NCBI GenBank assembly: GCA_041640595.1
Contig: JBEPZY010000007.1
Coordinates: forward strand, 149,611 to 213,610
Direction: 5' to 3'
Length of the DNA stretch: 64,000 nucleotides
Origin: Gemmatales bacterium
GTDB taxonomy: Bacteria; Planctomycetota; Planctomycetia; Gemmatales; HRBIN36
The position numbers and the translations under genes are program-made. The notes under the pieces are model-generated. The model saw only the letters and a list, made by a program, of their open reading frames with translations. It ran no database searches and was not told the origin of the DNA. Positions 56,801-64,000 of the stretch are shown in pieces. The first letter of the stretch is position 1, and each line of letters begins with the position of its first letter.

Positions 56801-59145
56801 AGTAGATCGCGGGAAAAGTCAGCTGAGAATGTTGGTCTAGGGATAACTTCACCATTTTCTAGAGCAACTACCATTATACCAGAATCGGGAGAACCTTGTT
56901 GGAAATCCAAAGCATTATCATCAGCGAAACTAGCGGTCCGGAAGGTTGCTACTCCAGCAGAAGGATACCAACTGCGGTTGCCCCTCTGATCAGAGGAAGC
57001 CAGACGATAATAGTAGGTGGTGTTCGGGATCAGGTTCTGTAGGTAGATTGCATGGTCGGTTGCAAAATCGTTTAGTGTTACAGATTGCTGTAGATTTTGC
57101 GGATCCGGCCCATAGAAGACTACTGCATCGCTAGTTTCATCTGTCCGCCAGAAAATTGTGGCTGAGCGAGCTCCAACATTTGTGCGAACATCGCTGATAA
57201 CGGGAGGACGAGTATCTTCGGCACTTATGGTGATAATGACAGGAGTACTGGCTGGCCCGATGTTGACACTGTCGTCTATAGCACGGGCCATCAGGCGATA
57301 AGTTCCTGGGCCTGGAGGCATCCACACATAAGTCCAGTTGTTAGTTCCTTGAGCGGGATGCCAGGTATTACCGCCGTCCCAGGAGACTTCGACACCTGCC
57401 ACAACCCCTCCACCGGAATCACTTGCTGTGCCAGAAAGAGTAACCGGGATGTTTGGTGGGAAACTGCTGTTTGTATCCATAACTATATTAGCAACGGGTG
57501 CCTGTTGGTCCGTGCTAGGAAGAGCGAACACTAAATCGGGCTGCAAAGTAGCAGGTTGGACGCCCATGTCAGCGAGTAAGTTAACCGTTGCCTGTTGAAT
57601 ACGTCGGTCCGGTGGACTATAGGGGCCATCGTGCTGATCATCTAATCCCCACACCCATTGGACTGTGCCCGCACTGAAGACCAGGGCACCACTTGTGGCG
57701 CGATATAGGGTCAGGCTATGTGTTGCCGTCCCAGGTGCCACAGTTCTTCCGTAGTCAATGAGTTTTTGAGGAACCTGTTGAGTAGTTGAAGACAATCGAA
57801 TTTGACCTGGAGGTCGAAATCCATTGTCCAGGTCTTCGTTCCATTCGTAACCGAGTGTATATTGGCCCAGGTAAGCTATTTGTCCTGGCCCAAGATTCTG
57901 AATATCAGTATTGCGCCAGACGCGCAGTTGGCGAAACTCATAGGGCACTTCGATGGGCGTGCCAACTTCGTTAGGCCCACGGTTAACCGTAAAGATTGTT
58001 CCGCCCAACATATTTTCGGGCTTACCACCGTCCGCTGGAGGACTAAAGCGTGGGTCTCTCCACAGACCGGTCCAGACGTTAGGTAAAGGATCGATTTTAG
58101 CATCAGCCAGGGATTCTTTATAACAAACGAGCGTCCTGTAAGGAGTGCCCGAACCATCAATGGAAGCCTCCCAGCGAGTCTTCCAGTAAATGTTGTTACC
58201 AGCTAAAAACATAATATGGACACCGGCATCGCGAGCAGCTTGCACGTTTTGCCACATTTCTGCCGACCAGTACTCATCGTGGCCAACGGAGATGAATACC
58301 TTGTGCTCCTTGATTTCATTACCCAACCGGGCGGTGTCAACGTTAGTGAAGTAGCTAACATTATAACCATTCTTTTCCAACCATCGCACCATAGGATATT
58401 CAGCCCAGAACACGAAATTAGCTTCGCCATCGCCAACTCGGCGCGAGCGAGTGTCGAATGGACGATTATAGCTCACTTTATAAGCGCGACGCCCTCCGCT
58501 TGAAAGGTAGTCATAGAGGCTCTTACCGCCCCAGGAATTATATGCCTGCCAGGTGGCATCAGAGGTTTGCATGAGAATGTCCGAACGACCATCGTCATCT
58601 CTTACGACAAAATAAATGTGGCTGGCTCCTCTACTCCCGTCCAAACGTGTGAGTTTTGCGAAGTAAATACCGGAGACCGCGTTGCTGGGAACCTGCCACG
58701 TAACGGTCGTTCGCCAGTTTCCTGCATCTACCAGCCCTGTGGTCGTATCAACAAGAGGATTAGGTTGGGTTTGTGGCCGCCTTAGACGCATCGTAATAGA
58801 ATCAATTTTTCTGGCCCCGAGACCCCCATAATAGCCAAGACGATAAATGTCAATGGTATAGTTTGTGGAATCGGTGTTTATTTTGAAACCTATCGTCTGT
58901 CCTTTGTTTACACTTATATCCGTCGCATATCCCTGGATACTTGGATCCCCGGACCCGACGATGCCCCATTCGGACATAGGACTTCCTAGTTTCTGGTTTT
59001 CCAACACTATAGGGTTCACAGCTAGGAGTGTGCGTTCTTCTAGGAATTCCACCAATAGCCTTGCAAGATGCACGTCTTTCTGTTTAGGACTATTAGCTAG
59101 AAGCGCTATTAGGCGGCGTAGCACACCTTTTAAGGGGATCATCAT
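53887..59145 (-). CDS. 1752-aa protein: RLxxExLExRxLLA leader, DMF-amidase-beta-like (DUF6605-type) domain, Ig/FN3 domains, three lectin/jelly-roll repeats
   Basis: RLLVEFLEERTLLA; TWQAYN.WGG.SLY, VSYNRP, GHDEYWS and VFSAGTVQW; GVEVSWDGG; three repeats with YQHxGL...HxYRI...YIDG...SRIFDAG...RYLQY; GAGGAG RBS. Confidence 0.85.
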   Translation of the reverse strand: MMIPLKGVLRRLIALLANSPKQKDVHLARLLVEFLEERTLLAVNPIVLENQKLGSPMSEWGIVGSGDPSIQGYATDISVNKGQTIGFKINTDSTNYTIDIYRLGYYGGLGARKIDSITMRLRRPQTQPNPLVDTTTGLVDAGNWRTTVTWQVPSNAVSGIYFAKLTRLDGSRGASHIYFVVRDDDGRSDILMQTSDATWQAYNSWGGKSLYDYLSSGGRRAYKVSYNRPFDTRSRRVGDGEANFVFWAEYPMVRWLEKNGYNVSYFTNVDTARLGNEIKEHKVFISVGHDEYWSAEMWQNVQAARDAGVHIMFLAGNNIYWKTRWEASIDGSGTPYRTLVCYKESLADAKIDPLPNVWTGLWRDPRFSPPADGGKPENMLGGTIFTVNRGPNEVGTPIEVPYEFRQLRVWRNTDIQNLGPGQIAYLGQYTLGYEWNEDLDNGFRPPGQIRLSSTTQQVPQKLIDYGRTVAPGTATHSLTLYRATSGALVFSAGTVQWVWGLDDQHDGPYSPPDRRIQQATVNLLADMGVQPATLQPDLVFALPSTDQQAPVANIVMDTNSSFPPNIPVTLSGTASDSGGGVVAGVEVSWDGGNTWHPAQGTNNWTYVWMPPGPGTYRLMARAIDDSVNIGPASTPVIITISAEDTRPPVISDVRTNVGARSATIFWRTDETSDAVVFYGPDPQNLQQSVTLNDFATDHAIYLQNLIPNTTYYYRLASSDQRGNRSWYPSAGVATFRTASFADDNALDFQQGSPDSGIMVVALENGEVIPRPTFSADFSRDLLPSGLRVTTWSPSGSTIIRDGVVRLDAVMLSTDTIFSGNLTLQFRARFTASPYQHIGLATDLNFGPWFIFSTRAGDGLYARSYSGTSQETFLGPQWLGSYHTFRIEIRSSRIKYYIDGILVAEHSSPGTTRLAIVASDYTSDNTALEIDWLQLGPYAERGEFLSRIFDAGQRVLWERLAWDAETPGNTSIAVYVRMGNTPIPDDTWTDFIPVPYSGFNTQATSRYLQYKLVVTASNPQSLQEVPIIRVVAFDVGPASNDRYGPFIVSREPGPDETVTTTRPQIRVAFNELLDAASVSPTNIALIDSGSGVRVNAVLAVRANVVTLTPQEDLRPGATYLVTVRSVADLQGNQMSAAESWAFSLSSSGNENELTHTTVTDFANGTFDNVVTVGDGDGALSLRPSISDEFDTGNLTSTWNTRSWQPNGQLAIQQGSLILDGSAIFSSQSVSSGQFIEGKVLFTGGPYQHFGVAQDLVTSGWAIFSTGNGESLLARTAISNRAINTTIPGNWFGQYHVYRIEWLSNQVLYYIDGTLVAAHNISISEPLRVTASDYTTENSPIMVDWIRAGTYANSGRYFSAILDAGTDAYWTAVSWLANLPQNTSLEISIRAGPTPHVDSSWSDFVAINTVGANPGLFGRYAQYRIAFNTTNPVRSPILHDISLRYRTRETQRFLDTSYTDFLSGQATLVTATKRADGELQLAGTINDDFEEPILSTRWTHHSWTTVGGGPVTLNLNNGKLILGGSGILSTQPVNLVGTQAALTFSPIGYQHFGLATGLGDPRQNVWILFGTSPDGARLLARLNIFGNILEQDLGSVPTGTHQYRIIPSTGRIDFYIDGSLVASLAAQLPPNVAYKLALSDFYGTNPLIADWVETMDYPASGSYLSRIFDAGQLAAWQKLAWSGNKPVGTSVVIETRTGNSPTPDESWSAWANVAPDGTILNPPARYLQYTLTLLSTVPNTTPVVDAISIEWNPA

Positions 59146-59181
59146 CGTCTCCTCAGCTGTAATCCTGCTGGACGACTAAGA

Positions 59182-59802
59182 CTATGATGCCGGCTGTGAA
59201 GTCTGCGAGCAAGTGTTTTTGCGATGTCGTATGATTCTGGCAGGATTGCCAGCCACTATGCAATAAGGAGGCACTGGCTTAGTCACGACGGCCCCGGCAC
59301 CCACGATGCTATGTTCTCCGACATCGGCCATAACGATGGCCCTTTCACCTATCCACGCACCATGTCCGATGTGGATAGTAGGCCAGATTCCCGGCTGCTC
59401 GCAAATCCTTCGGCTGGTATCATCAAAACCGTGTTGCCTACCGCCATTAATGATGGATGCGTGGCTGGCTATGAGAACGTCATTTCCAATATGTACCTTA
59501 CCAATACTGCATCCAGGCCCGATATACACGTTGTCTCCTATAACATTACTGACGTGCGAAAAAAGTGTCCCCACTCCTATATAGAGGTTCTCTCCGGTGT
59601 AGTCAAAGCTCCATGAACAAAGTACGTAGCGAGCCACAGCGCCAAGAATACCTGGCCAGAATGCAACTACCTCATAGGTTTCTCTGAATGCTCGGTCTTT
59701 GTCAAAGAAGATTAAGAGGACCCGGCTCCAACACCAGAGGGGCAGAAGCAGAGAGGCAATTATGGCTTTGAAAAGCCGTTTCAGGATCAGCTTAGTGGTC
59801 AT
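59182..59802 (-). CDS. Hexapeptide-repeat acyltransferase
   Basis: [16 protein letters not shown] and [21 protein letters not shown]. Confidence 0.92.
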   Translation of the reverse strand: MTTKLILKRLFKAIIASLLLPLWCWSRVLLIFFDKDRAFRETYEVVAFWPGILGAVARYVLCSWSFDYTGENLYIGVGTLFSHVSNVIGDNVYIGPGCSIGKVHIGNDVLIASHASIINGGRQHGFDDTSRRICEQPGIWPTIHIGHGAWIGERAIVMADVGEHSIVGAGAVVTKPVPPYCIVAGNPARIIRHRKNTCSQTSQPAS

Positions 59803-60979
59803 AGTCTTTAAAAAGACTCCTTAAAATAACCCGAGCTTTAGGGATGAGAACGTTCCAGTCGAAATAACGCTCGACCCAGCGACGTGCGAAAGTAGCCATG
59901 CCCGCTAGGCGGGTTTTATCCTTGTAAAATCGAATAATCGCTTTGGCTATATTCACCGGATCGGTACAATCTACGACCAATCCGCTCCTCCCGGGTACTA
60001 ATGTTTCCTTCGTTCCTCCAGAATTTCCGCACAGTATAGGCTTGCTGCAGGCCTGAGCTTCGAGAAGCACGATGCCGAACCCCTCACAGTCGCCATCTAT
60101 CTCGCGATTAGGCAATGCTACTAAATCAGATTCTCGATACAGTTGAAGCAACTGGTCGTCAGTGGGATTGGAAATCCATCGTATCGAACCATCCAGTGCC
60201 AGTTCGTTGGCTAACTTGCGAAGGTAATGAGCATCGTCACCGTTACCAGCCAGAATACACCTTATGTTAGGAATGTCTTTACGCACAAGGGCAATAGCTC
60301 GAAGCAACATGTCTTGCCCCTTGCGGCGTTGAAACCGACCTGGGCATGCTATGGTCAACATTAGTCTTTCACATCTATGATGCGACGGGCAAAAGTAATG
60401 GGTATCGACTCCGGGATGTAAAATCCGGACACGACGCGATGGCACTTGCCATTTGTTCACCAGCAGGTCACGGGTAAAGCGGCTGTTGGCTACTAATAAC
60501 GCAGCTTGCCGTAGGGTTGGTCTGACCAGATGATAATATTCCCGGCATCTCCAGGCTATTTCGATATCCTCACCGTGAACATAACATAGGTAGGGAATGC
60601 CAAAAATACGGTTAAGCGTCCAACAGACGAATCCTTCAGGAATACAGCGACCGGCGTGAATAACCGAAGAGTGTGTGTGGTAATAGACTTGTGAAGTGAA
60701 ATAGAGTAAGCGAGAATAAGCAAGCCAATTCCGGTAGCTCAAGAGAGTCCAGGAACGCAACGGCCAGTGTATCGAAATAACTTCGAGATGTGGGCAGCGG
60801 ATAACATTATCCGCACCTGTCAAGATGGTGACAAAGTAATCCTCTAGCCGACTATATACGTTATACAGCCACCTAGGCACACCTCCGACGTGAGGGGGGA
60901 AATGCTCAGTCAGCAGAAGTATTCTAGAATGCATGGTCGAGTGCAAGTGGACAATTTCTGAGGTGTACTTATGCGCCAT
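59792..60979 (-). CDS. Glycosyltransferase family 4
   Basis: [20 protein letters not shown] and [12 protein letters not shown]; start may be 60934. Confidence 0.92.
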   Translation of the reverse strand: MAHKYTSEIVHLHSTMHSRILLLTEHFPPHVGGVPRWLYNVYSRLEDYFVTILTGADNVIRCPHLEVISIHWPLRSWTLLSYRNWLAYSRLLYFTSQVYYHTHSSVIHAGRCIPEGFVCWTLNRIFGIPYLCYVHGEDIEIAWRCREYYHLVRPTLRQAALLVANSRFTRDLLVNKWQVPSRRVRILHPGVDTHYFCPSHHRCERLMLTIACPGRFQRRKGQDMLLRAIALVRKDIPNIRCILAGNGDDAHYLRKLANELALDGSIRWISNPTDDQLLQLYRESDLVALPNREIDGDCEGFGIVLLEAQACSKPILCGNSGGTKETLVPGRSGLVVDCTDPVNIAKAIIRFYKDKTRLAGMATFARRWVERYFDWNVLIPKARVILRSLFKDYDH

Positions 60980-62225
60980 GCTTCTTATGTGTTTCCAAAA
61001 CGTAAGCATAAAACCGCATTAGCTTGACGGTGTAATAAGAGCCCGAATAGTGATAGTGGGCATATTCACAAACGGCTTGTCTTATACGGTCAAGGGGATA
61101 TTCGCAAGCTTCAATAATTGCATGGGCCAGAGCGAAAGGATCGCCGGGACGGACACGCCACCCTGTGATTCCCGGAATTATTGTCTCACTAAGCCCATCT
61201 ATATCAGAGACGATCGCCGGGACCCCGTAGCTTGCTGCCTCAAGAGGAATCCGACCCAGTGGTTCTTCTAAAGATGGAACAATGACGACATCGAAACCTC
61301 GGTATAGCCAGCTCATGTCGGTTTGTTGAGGTAAAAAAGTTACCTTGCCCACGCTCAGCAGCTCACGCAATAGCTTATATGTCTTGTAGTCCGAGGTCGA
61401 ATGCATACCATTGCGGATACCAACGATGCATACGTGAATCGGATGTTTCTTGACCATGGTTACAGCGCTTAGAAGCGTAGCTATACCTTTCTGGGGTGTA
61501 AATTGTCCAGCAAACAAAAACAATCTATCGCCAGGAGACACACTCAATGTGCGACACAGATCGCGCCGGTAAGCGTCTCTTCCATTCATGGTCTCATGCG
61601 ACGGTATTCGTACCGGGTTATAGAGGGTAATTGACAGGACATTCTGAGCGGCTGTGTGAGAGAGAAGGCATGCTCGCAGGTAGTTACTTACACAAATAAT
61701 GCCTGTTGGCATTGGCCGCAGGTACCATTCAATGGTCTTTCGGGTAAAGCAATCGCGAAGATGGCATACGGAAGGGATGCCCGCCTTGTAAGCAGCAGCG
61801 GCAGTAATGGGGTTGACCCAGATCTGATTCGCGTGAATCAGCTGGATGTCATATTTCTCAACGATCCGGACTAGTTGTCGGGAGTTGAGTTTAACACTTA
61901 GTGTGCCATAACGATTAGTTGGCAGCAAATCACATGGTAGCCAGCGTATCCCACTCTCCTTACACCAGGACGCCATGGGTGAGTATCGAGGGGTAGCGAC
62001 AATGACATCAATTCCGAATCGTTGTAAGGATGACACCGTGATTTGTAGTGACTTTTCGGCACCACTAATAAAGGGCGCTTCAGTCACGAATAAGATGCGT
62101 GTTGAGGGCGACAGCGACATGGGATCCCGAAGAGCGCACGTCTCATACCAAGGGAAAAACTCTTCATGGTCCGCAGGTGGGACAGTTATAGGGATAAGTG
62201 AGGTCGGTAAAGTCATGTGTATCAT
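60969..62225 (-). CDS. Glycosyltransferase family 4
   Basis: SGAEKS, PQKG and EPLGRIPLEAA; start uncertain. Confidence 0.88.
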   Translation of the reverse strand: MIHMTLPTSLIPITVPPADHEEFFPWYETCALRDPMSLSPSTRILFVTEAPFISGAEKSLQITVSSLQRFGIDVIVATPRYSPMASWCKESGIRWLPCDLLPTNRYGTLSVKLNSRQLVRIVEKYDIQLIHANQIWVNPITAAAAYKAGIPSVCHLRDCFTRKTIEWYLRPMPTGIICVSNYLRACLLSHTAAQNVLSITLYNPVRIPSHETMNGRDAYRRDLCRTLSVSPGDRLFLFAGQFTPQKGIATLLSAVTMVKKHPIHVCIVGIRNGMHSTSDYKTYKLLRELLSVGKVTFLPQQTDMSWLYRGFDVVIVPSLEEPLGRIPLEAASYGVPAIVSDIDGLSETIIPGITGWRVRPGDPFALAHAIIEACEYPLDRIRQAVCEYAHYHYSGSYYTVKLMRFYAYVLETHKKHGA

Positions 62226-62377
62226 GCGCTGAGATGCAAAAATATAAACCGGAATGTGCTGGTCTTGATGTAATAATGCGTGGGTTCCTTGCGTGCTCTG
62301 GCGGTCCTAAGATAGCAGTAGGAAGATCGGTAGACTTAGCATTGACTGAGGACTAATCTTCTAAGCGACTTTAGGAC

Positions 62378-63286
62378 TTAAGCAGCGGATTTTATGAGCC
62401 GGACAAGTTTATCTGGAATTAGGCAGCGTAGGAGGAGCTGCCAATTACGAAACTCCGAGGGATTACGTATTACCGCCTTGAGCAGATGCGGCAGCGCTCG
62501 TGATCTGGGTTCATGGTACGTAATGTAATCATAGAATCCATTTGCGAATTGCCGCATAGAGGAGGCAATGGACCGGGCACTCAATCCGACGCGTTCCAGC
62601 AGTAACCTAGCTCTTTTTGCCACGAGAAGTTTTGCACGACAGATATCCAGGCACATCTTGGAGATGTTTTTTGTCATCTGATCAGGGTGTCGTCGGTAAT
62701 AGGTTAACCGCTGTGGAATATAGACAAATGGTCCCAATGCTGCTAGTCGCCACCACAATTCCCAGTCATCGGCACCCCAGAGATGGCTCTCTTCTCCTCG
62801 AACACGAAACCAGGCCTGGCGGCGGATCATCACGGTAGATGGAAAAATATAGTTACGTTGCCACAGTTCCCGCAACAAATCCACTCTCGTTCCTACCGGG
62901 TAGTGATAGGCCCGTTGCTGTGGAGGGATATAGGTGATTTGTGTGAAACAGAGAGGAGCGTGAGGGTATTTATCAAGGGCATCCTCTTGAATAGCAATCT
63001 TCTCAGAATGCCAAACATCGTCAGAATCTAACAACGCAAAAAATTCACCACGGCATAGTTCTGCGGCAAGGTTACGTGCCGAAGGAAGGCCACGGTTTAC
63101 TGTCCTATATATGCGTATTTCTAAATCTTTATAGCTTCTCGTCAGTGTAACCGGAACCCGTGAACCGTCATCAATGATGATTACTTCCCTTACCGGGCGA
63201 GTCTGAGCTGCTACGGATTCCAGTGCCTCATGTAGATAAGCTTGGGTATTATACACAGGAATAATCACGCTTGTCCTAGGTGTCAT
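62378..63286 (-). CDS. Glycosyltransferase family 2
   Basis: SVIIPVYN, IIDDGS, NRGLPSARN and LDSDD. Confidence 0.93.
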   Translation of the reverse strand: MTPRTSVIIPVYNTQAYLHEALESVAAQTRPVREVIIIDDGSRVPVTLTRSYKDLEIRIYRTVNRGLPSARNLAAELCRGEFFALLDSDDVWHSEKIAIQEDALDKYPHAPLCFTQITYIPPQQRAYHYPVGTRVDLLRELWQRNYIFPSTVMIRRQAWFRVRGEESHLWGADDWELWWRLAALGPFVYIPQRLTYYRRHPDQMTKNISKMCLDICRAKLLVAKRARLLLERVGLSARSIASSMRQFANGFYDYITYHEPRSRALPHLLKAVIRNPSEFRNWQLLLRCLIPDKLVRLIKSAA

Positions 63287-63307
63287 GCTCTAATCTACTC
63301 ATGTATT

Positions 63308-64000
63308 TTATCCAGAGAAAGCTGGCGAGCCTGCTTTCGAGGAAATGCACTGCCAGTGTGCAGATTCGTGGAAGACCCCAAATTCACGACTGAGCAGGGG
63401 ATGTGATACTAAGATGTGCGGGCCCTTAACCGCGGTATAGAGTTTGTTGAAATCGTGATCCCAAATCAGCACATCCAGACGGTAACTATCAGCCACCCAT
63501 CGCACTTGGGGAATGGTCAGGCTGACGTGGATATCGTCACCTTCCGTGGGAAGATAAAAATTGTCAAGGCGGGAACTATAAGCACAACATGGCAAACCGT
63601 CCTGGCGAATCACACTAATGACGACATTGGCTAGGGAAGGGGTTTCTCTGCAACGCAAGTGCACATTTATTGTGAGAGAGTTTCCGTAAGTGAAATAAGT
63701 CGTAGGTTTACCTGTCGCATCCTCTACTTGTATGTCCACGACGCGGAATGCTTCCAGGTGTTCACGGCTCGTAACTGGTAAGGCCCATTCCGGCGTACAT
63801 AAATACGAGTGTTTTTCGTAGAGAGCCATACCAGTCGTTGGATCGCCATCGTAATAAAGGCGACCATGTCGAAAATACAAGACCCGACTGCATAATGCTT
63901 TGATGAAGAAAAGGTTATGGGAAACCAGAAGAATTGTCGCATTCCGTCGGCGTAGTGCGTCGAGGATGCGACTGCATTTCTGTTGAAAGCGAAGGTCTCC
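63308..64000 (-). CDS. wzt: Polysaccharide ABC exporter ATPase (Wzt-type) with C-terminal Wzt_C domain; 5' end off window
   Basis: Frame is open to the window edge: GDLRFQQKC...TILLVSHN...ALCSRVLYF, then a beta-rich C-terminal domain. Confidence 0.88.
   Translation of the reverse strand, partial: GDLRFQQKCSRILDALRRRNATILLVSHNLFFIKALCSRVLYFRHGRLYYDGDPTTGMALYEKHSYLCTPEWALPVTSREHLEAFRVVDIQVEDATGKPTTYFTYGNSLTINVHLRCRETPSLANVVISVIRQDGLPCCAYSSRLDNFYLPTEGDDIHVSLTIPQVRWVADSYRLDVLIWDHDFNKLYTAVKGPHILVSHPLLSREFGVFHESAHWQCISSKAGSPAFSG

Noticed and set aside
1..64000. CRISPR array, rRNA, tRNA, transposase/integrase, prophage
   Set aside because: No regularly spaced repeats or corresponding sequence/protein motifs recognised by eye.

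Overview
Gene-dense bacterial chromosomal window. It is most likely from a planctomycete (Gemmatales-like), inferred from DUF4058, a UAP-type pyrophosphorylase, an RLxxExLExRxLLA leader, and the NuoA/NrfA types. About 1-46 kb is GC-richer core DNA. It holds a rearranged complex I start (nuoI-DUF2203-nuoA-nuoB), a Rok/H-NS-like coiled-coil + winged-helix protein, an HD-GYP protein, a CPBP protease, a TPP alpha-keto acid decarboxylase, galE with a UAP-type pyrophosphorylase, a frameshifted SH3-like exported protein and deoC. It continues with a three-gene membrane-fusion-protein (MFP) operon lacking any ABC/RND motor, a divergent diadenylate cyclase, gcvPB with a lipoyl ligase, MFS and ABC transporters, nrfHA (CXXCH-type), a membrane pseudo-caspase, rex and an M24 protein. 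About 46.3-64 kb is a visibly AT-richer minus-strand surface-glycan locus (Wzt, GT2/GT4s, acyltransferase, AsnB-like, FemAB-like, deacetylase) containing a 1752-aa repeat protein. Best novelty candidate: the ATPase-less MFP triad (GAF-GAF-MFP, MFP with an inserted WD40 propeller, and a PqqD/RRE-like + site-2 protease + MFP fusion). It may be a leader-peptide-recognising export system, and a plausible substrate carrying an LExRxLLA leader lies in the same window. A compact multi-stem RNA-like element sits upstream of gcvPB. No tRNA, rRNA, CRISPR array or transposase was recognised. All family calls come from motif recognition by eye; no searches were run.
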